Below, in pieces: positions 19,001-27,066 of a stretch of DNA of 39,866 bases (the stretch's first letter is position 1; the number at the start of each line of letters is the position of its first letter). A program made the translations under genes and the position numbers. The notes under the pieces were generated by a model. The model was not told the DNA's origin. It worked only from the letters and a program-made list of their open reading frames with translations, and searched no databases. The stretch is taken from positions 1-39,866 of the forward strand of contig JAZNAI010000253.1 in assembly GCA_045586465.1 (NCBI GenBank), given 5' to 3'. The stretch comes from Acutalibacteraceae bacterium (lineage in GTDB: Bacteria > Bacillota > Clostridia > Oscillospirales > Acutalibacteraceae).

Positions 19001-19438
19001 CTATATTTCTTCGCTGTAATATTTTTTTATCAGGTCGGAAATATTATCAGCAATCCTACGTGATTCAAAAAGCTCGTGCTCCCAGATATACACACCGCTG
19101 TCATCAGTTTTGCCGTCAGGTAAAACTTTGTAGCAGTAATAGTCCCCGCATCCGTTAGTGGCAAAGAAAATAAATCGGTTGACCTTTTCTTCGAATTCTT
19201 CGGACTCGAGATATTCGGGAAAAATCTCACGGTTTGTTTTTACGTTTTCCCTGATTTCCTCAGAGGACATTAAAAACCAGTGATCGCCGTCTGTCTCACG
19301 AAGTAAATTCTTAAGGTCATCCGGAAAGGAGTAACCGACATACTTTTCCGTTTCCTGAATTTCCTCTTCTGCGCAAGGCTTTTGCAGTCTTGCCCAATTA
19401 TGGCCTTTTATGTAGCCCTCAAGCAATTCTCTGTACAT
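19001..19438 (-). CDS. SMI1/KNR4 (SUKH-1) family protein
   Basis: 'EEIQETEKYVGYSFPDDLKNLLRETDG' and C-terminal 'NGCGDYYCYKV...GVYIWEHE' fit the SMI1_KNR4 pattern. GGAG RBS. Confidence 0.7.
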   Translation of the reverse strand: MYRELLEGYIKGHNWARLQKPCAEEEIQETEKYVGYSFPDDLKNLLRETDGDHWFLMSSEEIRENVKTNREIFPEYLESEEFEEKVNRFIFFATNGCGDYYCYKVLPDGKTDDSGVYIWEHELFESRRIADNISDLIKKYYSEEI

Positions 19439-19452
19439 AGGCGCGCTCCGAA

Positions 19453-19632
19453 TTATTCACCGTACACAGGAGTAACAACGGGCTTCCCGTCTCTGTCAAG
19501 AAGAGGTGTAAGTCCCCCGGCATAGCCGCCGGCGTGAAAAAGATAATTTACACCTGTTTCCTTATCAACCCATATTTCCGTAGAACCAAGACCTTGTGAA
19601 TAAACTTTTTCGAATCTGTTGTTTTTTGCCAT
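19453..19632 (-). CDS. Small conserved protein (DUF6440-like, about 59 aa)
   Basis: 'IWVDKETGVNYLFHAGGYAGGLTPLLDRDGKPVV' matches my memory of a small Firmicute family. The ATG at 19632 has GGAGTG 8 nt upstream. The GTG at 19641 in the track lies inside or too close to the RBS. Confidence 0.45.
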   Translation of the reverse strand: MAKNNRFEKVYSQGLGSTEIWVDKETGVNYLFHAGGYAGGLTPLLDRDGKPVVTPVYGE

Positions 19633-19637
19633 TATTA

Positions 19638-20159
19638 TCACACTCCGAAATCAATATCAAAATCGTAGTTTTCATCAATAAGAACGTAATTTACCTTATA
19701 GCCTTCTGCCGCTTTCAGCATCTGAGCATTGTCTTTCATAACACCTTCAATTGTACAGTCGCTGTCGTCAAGACGGTTTTCAATGATATTCGCATACCCT
19801 TTTATATCGTCAAAATGATTTCTTATGTAATTTTCACTCATTATGAGGCAGACGAAACGGATATTCTTAAGATATTCCGCATCAAAATCATTATCCCAAT
19901 CAAAAGGAATATAACAGCCCTCAACTATGAGATTCTGTCCGTTTTCTATGGCGGTTTTTATCATTTCACGCACTATTGGCCAGAGTAAGGCTGTCAGCTC
20001 CCCGTCATCGCTAAGAGGAGTAAGTGACGTATTACCGCTTCTTATCAGTCCCATTTTCAGGTGATCGATTGAAAGGTAAGGGAATTTATATTTTTCGAGA
20101 AGCCTCTGTGCAAGAGCAGTCTTGCCCGTATGAGAGGCTCCTGTAATCAGAATAATCAT
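19638..20159 (-). CDS. Small P-loop kinase-like ATPase (2-phosphoglycerate-kinase/AAA_33-like)
   Basis: Walker A 'ITGASHTGKT' at the extreme N-terminus, 'LSIDHLK', Walker-B-like 'NLIVEG'. AAGGTG RBS. Substrate unknown. Confidence 0.6.
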   Translation of the reverse strand: MIILITGASHTGKTALAQRLLEKYKFPYLSIDHLKMGLIRSGNTSLTPLSDDGELTALLWPIVREMIKTAIENGQNLIVEGCYIPFDWDNDFDAEYLKNIRFVCLIMSENYIRNHFDDIKGYANIIENRLDDSDCTIEGVMKDNAQMLKAAEGYKVNYVLIDENYDFDIDFGV

Positions 20160-20168
20160 TATAACACC

Positions 20169-22613
20169 TTATTTTGCGCTGATATTCAGCACTATAGCCT
20201 TTTCCCCGTCGGGAAGAGGTATTGTGAAGCCTTCCGACATAAGCTCGCTTCCCTTATATTCTTTAGCTTCAATAATACCGTCAAAGTCGGAGATATTATA
20301 AACCGCATCGGGGTTGTGACCGTTAAGAGTAAGCTTATATTCGGACTTATTAACCTCGGGTCTCTTATAAACAAGCACAACACCCGTAAGTCCGTCTTCT
20401 GACATATACTGCATAGCATGCATCTTATTCTTATCAAATGAACCGAAATCGAGAGGATAGTAATTGCCCGTCATAAGCTCACGCTGAGTGTGGAAAAGGT
20501 CAAAGAACTCGGCATAATTAGCATAGAAATCCATAAGAACAAGAGGCGTAATTGCAGACCTTAAGGAATATTCGCTTACCGCATTCTGGGCAGTACCTGA
20601 AATGGGAAGCCAGAAGGATAAGCCGTAGGTCTGTGACTGCGTAGCCTCAAAGAGGTCGGAATGAACTGCACAGTTGTAGTCACTTCTCCAGAAGGGAATA
20701 CTGCGGTAGGTCATTTCAAGGTCAAGTCTTTTTCCGCCCGATGCACAGTTATCGATAATAAGCCCGGGAATATTTTCAACAATATAATCAAGGAAGCGGT
20801 AAAGGTTTGTTACATAACGGTTTTCACAGATACCTGTTCTGCCGCCGTAATATTCACTGTCTGCCTTCTGCCAGTATTCGTAAGGTGCAAAATTAAAGTC
20901 CTGACGGTAAACGGTAACTCCGTTTTCCTTCATTGAAGCTGTAAGATATTCGCAGTAGTACTTAAGCGCTTCCTCGTCGGCAAGGTTCCACATAACGTGG
21001 TCGTCGCCCGTATCAATAAGCCACTGCTCGTTTTCTATACCCTTATTGTAGAAAACAGTATTGCGGAATACTCTTTCGGGCTCATACCAGAGCACATGAC
21101 CGAGTCCCTTATTCTTAGCATAGGTTGACAATTCAATAATACCGTTATCATATCTCCCGGTATCAACTGTCCAGTTGCCTACACCGTCATACCAGCCTTC
21201 ATTATAGCTGTACCAGCCTGCATCCATCCAGAAGGCATCCGTCTGAGCAAACACATCGTCGCTGATCTCATCAAGAATTTCTATAATTTCATCTGATGTT
21301 CTTGTTGACATAGGACCTGCAATCTCCATAACGGTGTAATGTCCCTTGGTGACCTCTTCGGGATAAACACAATCGGTAATCCAGCCTCTGAACTGATTAA
21401 AGCCCTTAAGAGCGTTTTCATTATCGTAGAAGGTAAGAGAAACAAGGGGTGAGCGCACCTCTTCACCGGGAAGAAGCCAGGCATTGAAGTTCTGCTGTCT
21501 GACCTTAACTGCCGTATTGCCGTCAGTGCAGGAAAATTCAGCTTCCCACTGTCCCGTCCAGCCGATACCGAATACGATTCCCGCATTTTCACCGTTTACG
21601 TTGAAATAAGGCAGATATTTTTCCGTGGGCTTTCCCTCGTTACCCGAGAAGGCTTTTGCCGATGAGTAAAGAGTTTTCTTTACAAGGGAGAAGTCCCCTG
21701 CCTGAGTGTCACTTCCCATAGAATAATAAATATCTGCTTTACCCGTGTTGAAGCCTGAATCAAGTGCATAGAAATCACTGATAACACCTGAATTTTCAGT
21801 GCCGTTATTTTTGATATAAACTACCCACTGAGAGGATGCATTATTTTCAAATACGGTAACCTCTGCAGTAACCTCAAGACTATCCTTTGTAAAGGTGATA
21901 TATGTTGTTTTCCCGCCGCTGTAAATTTCCTCTTCTGCCTCCTTTACGGTCTTTTTCCAGGAAGCAGGCTCAAACTTTTCACCGTCAACAGAAAAAGTAA
22001 AGGGGAAGCTTTCAGATGAAAGAAAATTATTTTCTACCCATTCGGAATTCTTCTTGTTTTCAGCATCCGTAACATTTATTTCCTGAGCCGTAAGAGTGCC
22101 GAACTGCAGATTTTTCTTATATTCAAGAGCCTTTATGTTTTCTTCATTCATAACAACAAGACCGCCTGCAGAAACAATGAAATAAATAACGGCAAAAATT
22201 ATATTCACAGCCTTATATTTCGTTCTCGCCCTTAAAATAAACGTCACAAGTCCGAGCACGGCAGTAAGAATAAAAACCAAAGTAAAGGTCTTTATGACAA
22301 CCGGCTCGTTGTCAACACAGGATTCATTGATTTTTGAATTTACTCCCCATATAAAGCCGTGAAGCAAACCGTTTCCTGCAAAAAATGCAATAAGCCTTCC
22401 GATTATACCTGTTTTTGGTAAAGCTTCACCGACAAAAAGGGCCATAAACCAACCGAGACATAAGCCCGTAAGTCCTGTATAAAGATGCACATCGGCACCG
22501 CTGTCGGTACCGTAGAATATATACCATAAAGAGTAAGCAGCATAAATCGTCAGTCCGAAAAGAATGAAGCTGACAGCTGTCTCAATTATCTGTTTTGTTT
22601 TTTCATTTTTCAT
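20169..22613 (-). CDS. GH36-clan (alpha-galactosidase-like) glycoside hydrolase fused to an N-terminal 5-TM domain
   Basis: Five hydrophobic helices in residues about 12-165. Catalytic-domain motifs 'VYRQDFN' (compare K-x-D-x-N nucleophile), 'IDNCASGGKRLDLEM' (compare C-S-G-G-G-R) and 'FWRSDY' (compare SD acid/base). Confidence 0.5.
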   Translation of the reverse strand: MKNEKTKQIIETAVSFILFGLTIYAAYSLWYIFYGTDSGADVHLYTGLTGLCLGWFMALFVGEALPKTGIIGRLIAFFAGNGLLHGFIWGVNSKINESCVDNEPVVIKTFTLVFILTAVLGLVTFILRARTKYKAVNIIFAVIYFIVSAGGLVVMNEENIKALEYKKNLQFGTLTAQEINVTDAENKKNSEWVENNFLSSESFPFTFSVDGEKFEPASWKKTVKEAEEEIYSGGKTTYITFTKDSLEVTAEVTVFENNASSQWVVYIKNNGTENSGVISDFYALDSGFNTGKADIYYSMGSDTQAGDFSLVKKTLYSSAKAFSGNEGKPTEKYLPYFNVNGENAGIVFGIGWTGQWEAEFSCTDGNTAVKVRQQNFNAWLLPGEEVRSPLVSLTFYDNENALKGFNQFRGWITDCVYPEEVTKGHYTVMEIAGPMSTRTSDEIIEILDEISDDVFAQTDAFWMDAGWYSYNEGWYDGVGNWTVDTGRYDNGIIELSTYAKNKGLGHVLWYEPERVFRNTVFYNKGIENEQWLIDTGDDHVMWNLADEEALKYYCEYLTASMKENGVTVYRQDFNFAPYEYWQKADSEYYGGRTGICENRYVTNLYRFLDYIVENIPGLIIDNCASGGKRLDLEMTYRSIPFWRSDYNCAVHSDLFEATQSQTYGLSFWLPISGTAQNAVSEYSLRSAITPLVLMDFYANYAEFFDLFHTQRELMTGNYYPLDFGSFDKNKMHAMQYMSEDGLTGVVLVYKRPEVNKSEYKLTLNGHNPDAVYNISDFDGIIEAKEYKGSELMSEGFTIPLPDGEKAIVLNISAK

Positions 22614-22634
22614 ATAAACACCGCCTTTGGGGTA

Positions 22635-22663
22635 ATTTTACCATATAATTCAAAATAAAACAA
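22635..22663 (-). promoter_or_regulatory. Candidate promoter of the GH36-like...MBL operon
   Basis: Minus strand reads TTGTTT (22663-22658), 17-nt spacer, TG-extended TAAAAT (22640-22635), about 20 nt upstream of the RBS/ATG at 22613. Confidence 0.4.
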
Positions 22664-22689
22664 CCTGACAGCGATATTTTCTGTCAGGT
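22652..22689 (-). terminator. Intrinsic terminator after the small hypothetical gene
   Basis: 9-bp stem acctgacag (22663-22671) / ctgtcaggt (22681-22689). On the minus strand it is followed by TTGTTTTATTTTG. Confidence 0.55.
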
Positions 22690-22694
22690 CAACA

Positions 22695-23000
22695 TTATAT
22701 ACCGAAATGGATAATCCATTTATTTTCTCTTTTTGCCGTCATTGTAAGCTCATAAAGCTGCGATAATCCGTTTTTGCCTTTTATAACATAAGCAAAATCA
22801 GACAATACTTCGGGAGGTATCAGCGTTATTCCGACGTAACAGATACCCTTACCCTTTATGTCCGTTGTGTGCCAATAAAAATCTATGTGATCGAATTCCG
22901 CTATAATATCCTCTAAATAATCGTCGTTTACCGATATACAGTTATATTTTTCAGGCTCATATTCATCATAGCGTCTCCCCTTTTCGGGAGGAATTTCCAT
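22695..23000 (-). CDS. Hypothetical protein (about 101 aa; start uncertain)
   Basis: The track ORF (to 23207) overlaps the upstream MFS gene by 95 nt. An internal ATG at 23000 ('MEIPPEKG...') or a TTG about 24 nt upstream, preceded by AAGGTGA, is more plausible. No recognisable family. Confidence 0.35.
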   Translation of the reverse strand: MEIPPEKGRRYDEYEPEKYNCISVNDDYLEDIIAEFDHIDFYWHTTDIKGKGICYVGITLIPPEVLSDFAYVIKGKNGLSQLYELTMTAKRENKWIIHFGI

Positions 23001-23112
23001 AATACCGAATCCGTGCTTTGCCAAAGCTATCACCTTCTTATGATAATTATAACACCGGGGAAAGCACAATTCAAGAAAAATTGTCCCCACGAAAGTGAGG
23101 ACAACATAACGG

Positions 23113-24567
23113 TTATTCTGTTTCGGCAAGTCTTGCTTTATTTTCAGCACGGATAACCTCAAGCTCTGCCATAATCTTTTCCTTGCGCTTGCCCGTGAAA
23201 TTATCAAACATCATAATAAGACCGGGAAGAAGATTTCCGAGAATTCCGGGAACTACAACAAGAAGGAAAATACCGTGAAGTGTTTTGGGAGTCTGAACAG
23301 CCTCAACCATAACACCGCCTACGTTCTGGGCGCTCTTGTAGCCGATAAGGGAAAGTCCGCCGTTAATAAGAAGCTCCTTCCAGAGAGCGGAAATTCTTGA
23401 AACCATTGTGCTGAACGCAAATACCATACCCTCGTTACGGGATGCAACACCGTATTTCTGATGGCTCTTCCACTCCATATAATCCGTTGAGTCTGCAAGA
23501 AGAATTCTCTTTGCGGCACTCATTGCGGCATTGGGGAAACCGCCGAGTGCAATAAGAATACCTACAATCCAGAGATGCTTATAGCCGAATATTGAAAGAA
23601 GCGTATAGCAGATACCCGTATGCATATAACCTGCGACAACGATATCTCTTGAGGAAAGCTTTCTGCCAACAAAGGGGACGGATGCAAGACCGCAGTAAGA
23701 AAGAGCAGAGCTTGCAACCTCAACATAGGTCTTCATTCCGTAGTTATTAAGTGTCTGCTTATAGAAGAAAGGAAGTGAATTGTAGCAAACCTGTCTTACG
23801 GAGTCGATTACGTTACATAAGCACAGAAGAAGCAAGGGTCTGTTAAGGAAAATAAGTCTCAAATCAATATTTACCTTCTTGTTATCCTTGGGAGGAAGAA
23901 CAAGGTTTTTCTCTTTAAGTGTAAGGCAGGGCACAAGCATTGTGAAAAGACCTAAAATTCCGAAGAAAAGAGCAACAGAGAAAAATGCCCACTTTTCCTT
24001 TGAATAATCGTCGCCCATTAAATCGATAATAACGGGAACAAGACCTCCCGGAAGCATTGAGCCGAGAGTGGATGCCACCTGCGCTATCGTATAGAAGGTT
24101 TTTCTTGATTTTGCATTAGGTGTCATACGCACGGAAAGTGTTGAAAGTGCAACGTCAAAGAACGTATCCGCAATATTGAAGGTAAGATAAAGAATAATGC
24201 TCCAGATAACGTTAAACATCTGCGAGGCAGAGGGAACAAGAAACAGAAGTATTGATGACAGAGTAAAAGGAATTGCCGACGCCATCATAAAGCTTCTCGC
24301 ATTTCCCTTGCCTGAGCGGTTACCGTCAAGAAGTGCACCGACAATGGGAGCAATAACAATATTGAGACCTGTCGTAGCAGTTTTCATTGCAACAAGGTGC
24401 CTTGATTCAAGTCCCATATAGTCATACATAAACTGATCGGTATATGTAGAAACGGAGTCCTGTCCCATACAGTTTCCGAATACACCTGAAACGTAGCCGA
24501 CCTGTTCTTTGAAATCAACCTCGGGATTATTCTTTATTTCAAGAAATTTTTCTTTAAGCTTTCCCAT
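23113..24567 (-). CDS. GPH/MFS-type sugar:cation symporter family transporter
   Basis: Polytopic, with 'PIVGALLDGNRSGKGNARSFM' (GPH-like D-x-x-R/K loop). AAGGAG RBS. Confidence 0.7.
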   Translation of the reverse strand: MGKLKEKFLEIKNNPEVDFKEQVGYVSGVFGNCMGQDSVSTYTDQFMYDYMGLESRHLVAMKTATTGLNIVIAPIVGALLDGNRSGKGNARSFMMASAIPFTLSSILLFLVPSASQMFNVIWSIILYLTFNIADTFFDVALSTLSVRMTPNAKSRKTFYTIAQVASTLGSMLPGGLVPVIIDLMGDDYSKEKWAFFSVALFFGILGLFTMLVPCLTLKEKNLVLPPKDNKKVNIDLRLIFLNRPLLLLCLCNVIDSVRQVCYNSLPFFYKQTLNNYGMKTYVEVASSALSYCGLASVPFVGRKLSSRDIVVAGYMHTGICYTLLSIFGYKHLWIVGILIALGGFPNAAMSAAKRILLADSTDYMEWKSHQKYGVASRNEGMVFAFSTMVSRISALWKELLINGGLSLIGYKSAQNVGGVMVEAVQTPKTLHGIFLLVVVPGILGNLLPGLIMMFDNFTGKRKEKIMAELEVIRAENKARLAETE

Positions 24568-24608
24568 TTGTTTTTCTCCTTAAAAGATATTTTTACAAAT
24601 GCCGGGAT

Positions 24609-25697
24609 TTATTTATGATTGTATATTTTTTCAGAAGCAAAGGTGCCGTTTTCTGCAATTTTCAGAAGCGTACAGCCCTGAATCCATTCATTTTCGGGAG
24701 CATCAAACTTTGTCTGCATATTATATGCACCATATCCCGAGGGCTGGATATAGGATAAAATAATATCCTCATACATAACACCGAAATCATTCAGATGGTC
24801 ATGTCCGAAGAAAACCGCCGAAGCACTTCCCTTTTCAAGCATTGCATCCATAATTCCCGCATCAAAGCCCGATTCACAGACACCTTCTCTTTTATCACCG
24901 TAAAGAAATTCACCGTCAGCGTATTCCCTTTCGGCTTCAAAGGGAGGAATGTGCATTACAGTAACAGAACTGAATTTTCCGTATTCATTTTCAATTGCAT
25001 CGTGTTTTTCCTTATACCAATTGACCTGAGAGGTCTTTACTCCGTCATAAACATCGTCTTCCTCGGTCACACCGTATTCAAGCTTTGCTTCTTCTGTCAT
25101 ATAGCCGCCCGAATCAAGCAGGAAAAACACCTCTCTTAAGCTGCCGTCGGAATTCAGTATATTTATAGTACAGTTACCGTATCCGTCAATATCCTCTCTG
25201 CCGGCAGTCAGCAAGCAGTGCTCGTAAGAAGAATATAACTCTACAACTTCATTTCTCGGAAGCATCATAAAGCCGTCACCCTCATGATTACCGAGAACGG
25301 CAGCCCAATATACACCGAGCTTTTCAAAAAGCTCACAAAGCTGAACGTTTCTCTTTTTGTTAAAGCCGTAGGTAACGGTATCTCCGCCTAAAATAACAAG
25401 GTCAGGCTCCTGCTCTTCAATATTTTTCACCATAAAGGATATTGTTGTATTATCAAGCTCTTTATCACCCTTAAGATGGGTATCGGTGAACAACAGAACT
25501 CTGAATTCACCCTCGCTCTTTGTCTTAACGGTGACACTGTCTTCAGCAGATGAAATTACTTCAATATCACTTTCTGTTCCTTTTACAGAAGAAATATCAT
25601 AAGAAATTCCTTTTGAGCTCTGGAATAAAGCATAACCTCCTGCCCCGGAAGCCGCAACAATAAGAACTGCAAGAATTAACACTAATGCTTTTTTCAT
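24609..25697 (-). CDS. Exported/membrane-anchored calcineurin-like metallophosphoesterase
   Basis: Signal anchor 'KKALVLILAVLIVAASGAGGYALF'. Motifs 'LLFTDTHL', 'GGDTV', 'GNHEGD', 'VMHIPP', 'GHDHLND'. I prefer the ATG at 25697 (GGGGCGG RBS) to the GTG at 25703. Confidence 0.7.
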   Translation of the reverse strand: MKKALVLILAVLIVAASGAGGYALFQSSKGISYDISSVKGTESDIEVISSAEDSVTVKTKSEGEFRVLLFTDTHLKGDKELDNTTISFMVKNIEEQEPDLVILGGDTVTYGFNKKRNVQLCELFEKLGVYWAAVLGNHEGDGFMMLPRNEVVELYSSYEHCLLTAGREDIDGYGNCTINILNSDGSLREVFFLLDSGGYMTEEAKLEYGVTEEDDVYDGVKTSQVNWYKEKHDAIENEYGKFSSVTVMHIPPFEAEREYADGEFLYGDKREGVCESGFDAGIMDAMLEKGSASAVFFGHDHLNDFGVMYEDIILSYIQPSGYGAYNMQTKFDAPENEWIQGCTLLKIAENGTFASEKIYNHK

Positions 25698-25784
25698 ATA
25701 CACCGCCCCATTTTATTATATTTTTATAGTACATCTATTTTATTAAGATTTCCTTGAATATTTTGATATATTAACAGCGTTTTC

Positions 25785-25813
25785 TTGACTTTTTTGATAT
25801 TAAATGCTAATAT
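25785..25813 (+). promoter_or_regulatory. Candidate promoter of the AraC-family gene
   Basis: TTGACT (25785-25790), 17-nt spacer, TAATAT (25808-25813), 27 nt upstream of the ATG at 25841. Confidence 0.5.
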
Positions 25814-25840
25814 CAATTTATAAAATACGGAAGTGACACT

Positions 25841-26647
25841 ATGAATCTTATTAAATTTGACCCCGACGACAGCTTTTACTTTCACAAGGGCATAAGCAAG
25901 CGTGTTTCTGAAACAGGAACCTCCTGGCCTCATTATCACGGTCTTTATGAATTATATTTTATGCTTGAGGGCAATTGCACATACTTTATTGACAATAAGG
26001 TTTATAACGTTCAGCCGGGAGATATCGTAATTATTCCCGGGGGAACAATTCATCACACGAGATATGAGAATATAAAGCATTCGAGAATTCTTCTTAACTG
26101 CTCCGAAAAATATATTCCGTCGGCATTCATACCCGACACACCGGATAATAACTATCTTTACAGAAATCCTTATATTGCTGATGAAGCACAGAAAATATTT
26201 GAAAAAATTGAAAGCGAATATAAACGGAATGATTCACTTTCCGATGAAATACTTGTCTGTCATACAAATTCCCTGTTCTATCTTCTTATGAGGAATAAGG
26301 AATTCTGCATAAGAGTCGATGACAGCAACACCGTAATTGAAAAGGCAGTTGCATACATAAGGGAAAATTTCCGTTCGAATATAACTCTTTTATCTATTGC
26401 AAAAAAATTTTCAGTAAGCCCCGAGCATTTTTCAAGAACCTTCAAAAAGGAAACGGGCCTTGGCTTTTCGAAGTATCTGAACTCCTTAAGGCTTCAATAT
26501 GCAGAACAGCTTCTTCGAACCTCAAAGGAGCTGAATATTACACAGATTGCCGAATACTGCGGCTTTGAGGACAGTAATTACTTCTCAAAAAAATTTAAAG
26601 AAATTTACGGTGTTTCTCCGAAAAAAATGCAAAAAGGTACGAAATGA
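25841..26647 (+). CDS. AraC-family transcriptional regulator (cupin sensor + HTH)
   Basis: N-terminal cupin ('HYHGLYELYFMLEG...GDIVIIPGGTIH') and C-terminal double HTH ('SPEHFSRTFKKETGLGFSKY', 'GFEDSNYFSKKFKEIYGVSP'). It is divergent from the phosphoesterase-transporter unit. Confidence 0.85.
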   Translation: MNLIKFDPDDSFYFHKGISKRVSETGTSWPHYHGLYELYFMLEGNCTYFIDNKVYNVQPGDIVIIPGGTIHHTRYENIKHSRILLNCSEKYIPSAFIPDTPDNNYLYRNPYIADEAQKIFEKIESEYKRNDSLSDEILVCHTNSLFYLLMRNKEFCIRVDDSNTVIEKAVAYIRENFRSNITLLSIAKKFSVSPEHFSRTFKKETGLGFSKYLNSLRLQYAEQLLRTSKELNITQIAEYCGFEDSNYFSKKFKEIYGVSPKKMQKGTK

Positions 26648-26653
26648 TAAAAA

Positions 26654-26673
26654 CGCTCCCGACCCCGGGAGCG
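26654..26673. terminator. Bidirectional intrinsic terminator (AraC gene / DUF1622 gene)
   Basis: GC-rich 7-bp stem cgctccc (26654-26660) / gggagcg (26667-26673), with T-runs on both strands. Confidence 0.55.
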
Positions 26674-26680
26674 CTTAATT

Positions 26681-27052
26681 TTATTTTTCTGATTTGTTTT
26701 GTGAGGCATTTTCCTTTTCCTCAAGGCGTATTTCCCAATGGATAATAACAGCCAGCAGAGCACGTATTACTATTACAACACCGAGAATTGCAAGCTCTTC
26801 AAGATCGTGGATTATAACGGTTTTTATAATCTCGGCACCCATCTTAAATTCAAGCGCAAGTGCCAATGCCTTACCAAGCTCAACAACTACATTCAGGGGC
26901 TGTTTTTTTATAAGACATCCTATTACTCGGAACAAAGCACGGAAAGAGCCTATAAAAATAATGACAATACCGATAAGCTCAAGTGTGCTTGCCGTAATTT
27001 CAGCAACAGGAAAAAGAAATTCCCTGAATAATACTGCAAAATTTTCAAGCAT
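26681..27052 (-). CDS. DUF1622-family small membrane protein
   Basis: Three or four TM helices. 'LELIGIVIIFIGSFRALFRV' and 'LGKALALALEFKMGAEIIKT' fit the DUF1622 pattern. It starts 14 nt after the apbE stop. Confidence 0.55.
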   Translation of the reverse strand: MLENFAVLFREFLFPVAEITASTLELIGIVIIFIGSFRALFRVIGCLIKKQPLNVVVELGKALALALEFKMGAEIIKTVIIHDLEELAILGVVIVIRALLAVIIHWEIRLEEKENASQNKSEK

Positions 27053-27066
27053 TTTGTGTACCTTCC

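Noticed and set aside
19001-19438. SMI1/KNR4 gene as a marker of a polymorphic-toxin / contact-dependent inhibition locus
   Set aside because: No LXG/RHS/WXG100/toxin-domain gene or secretion component is adjacent. The gene is embedded in a catabolic operon, so at most it is an orphan immunity-type gene.
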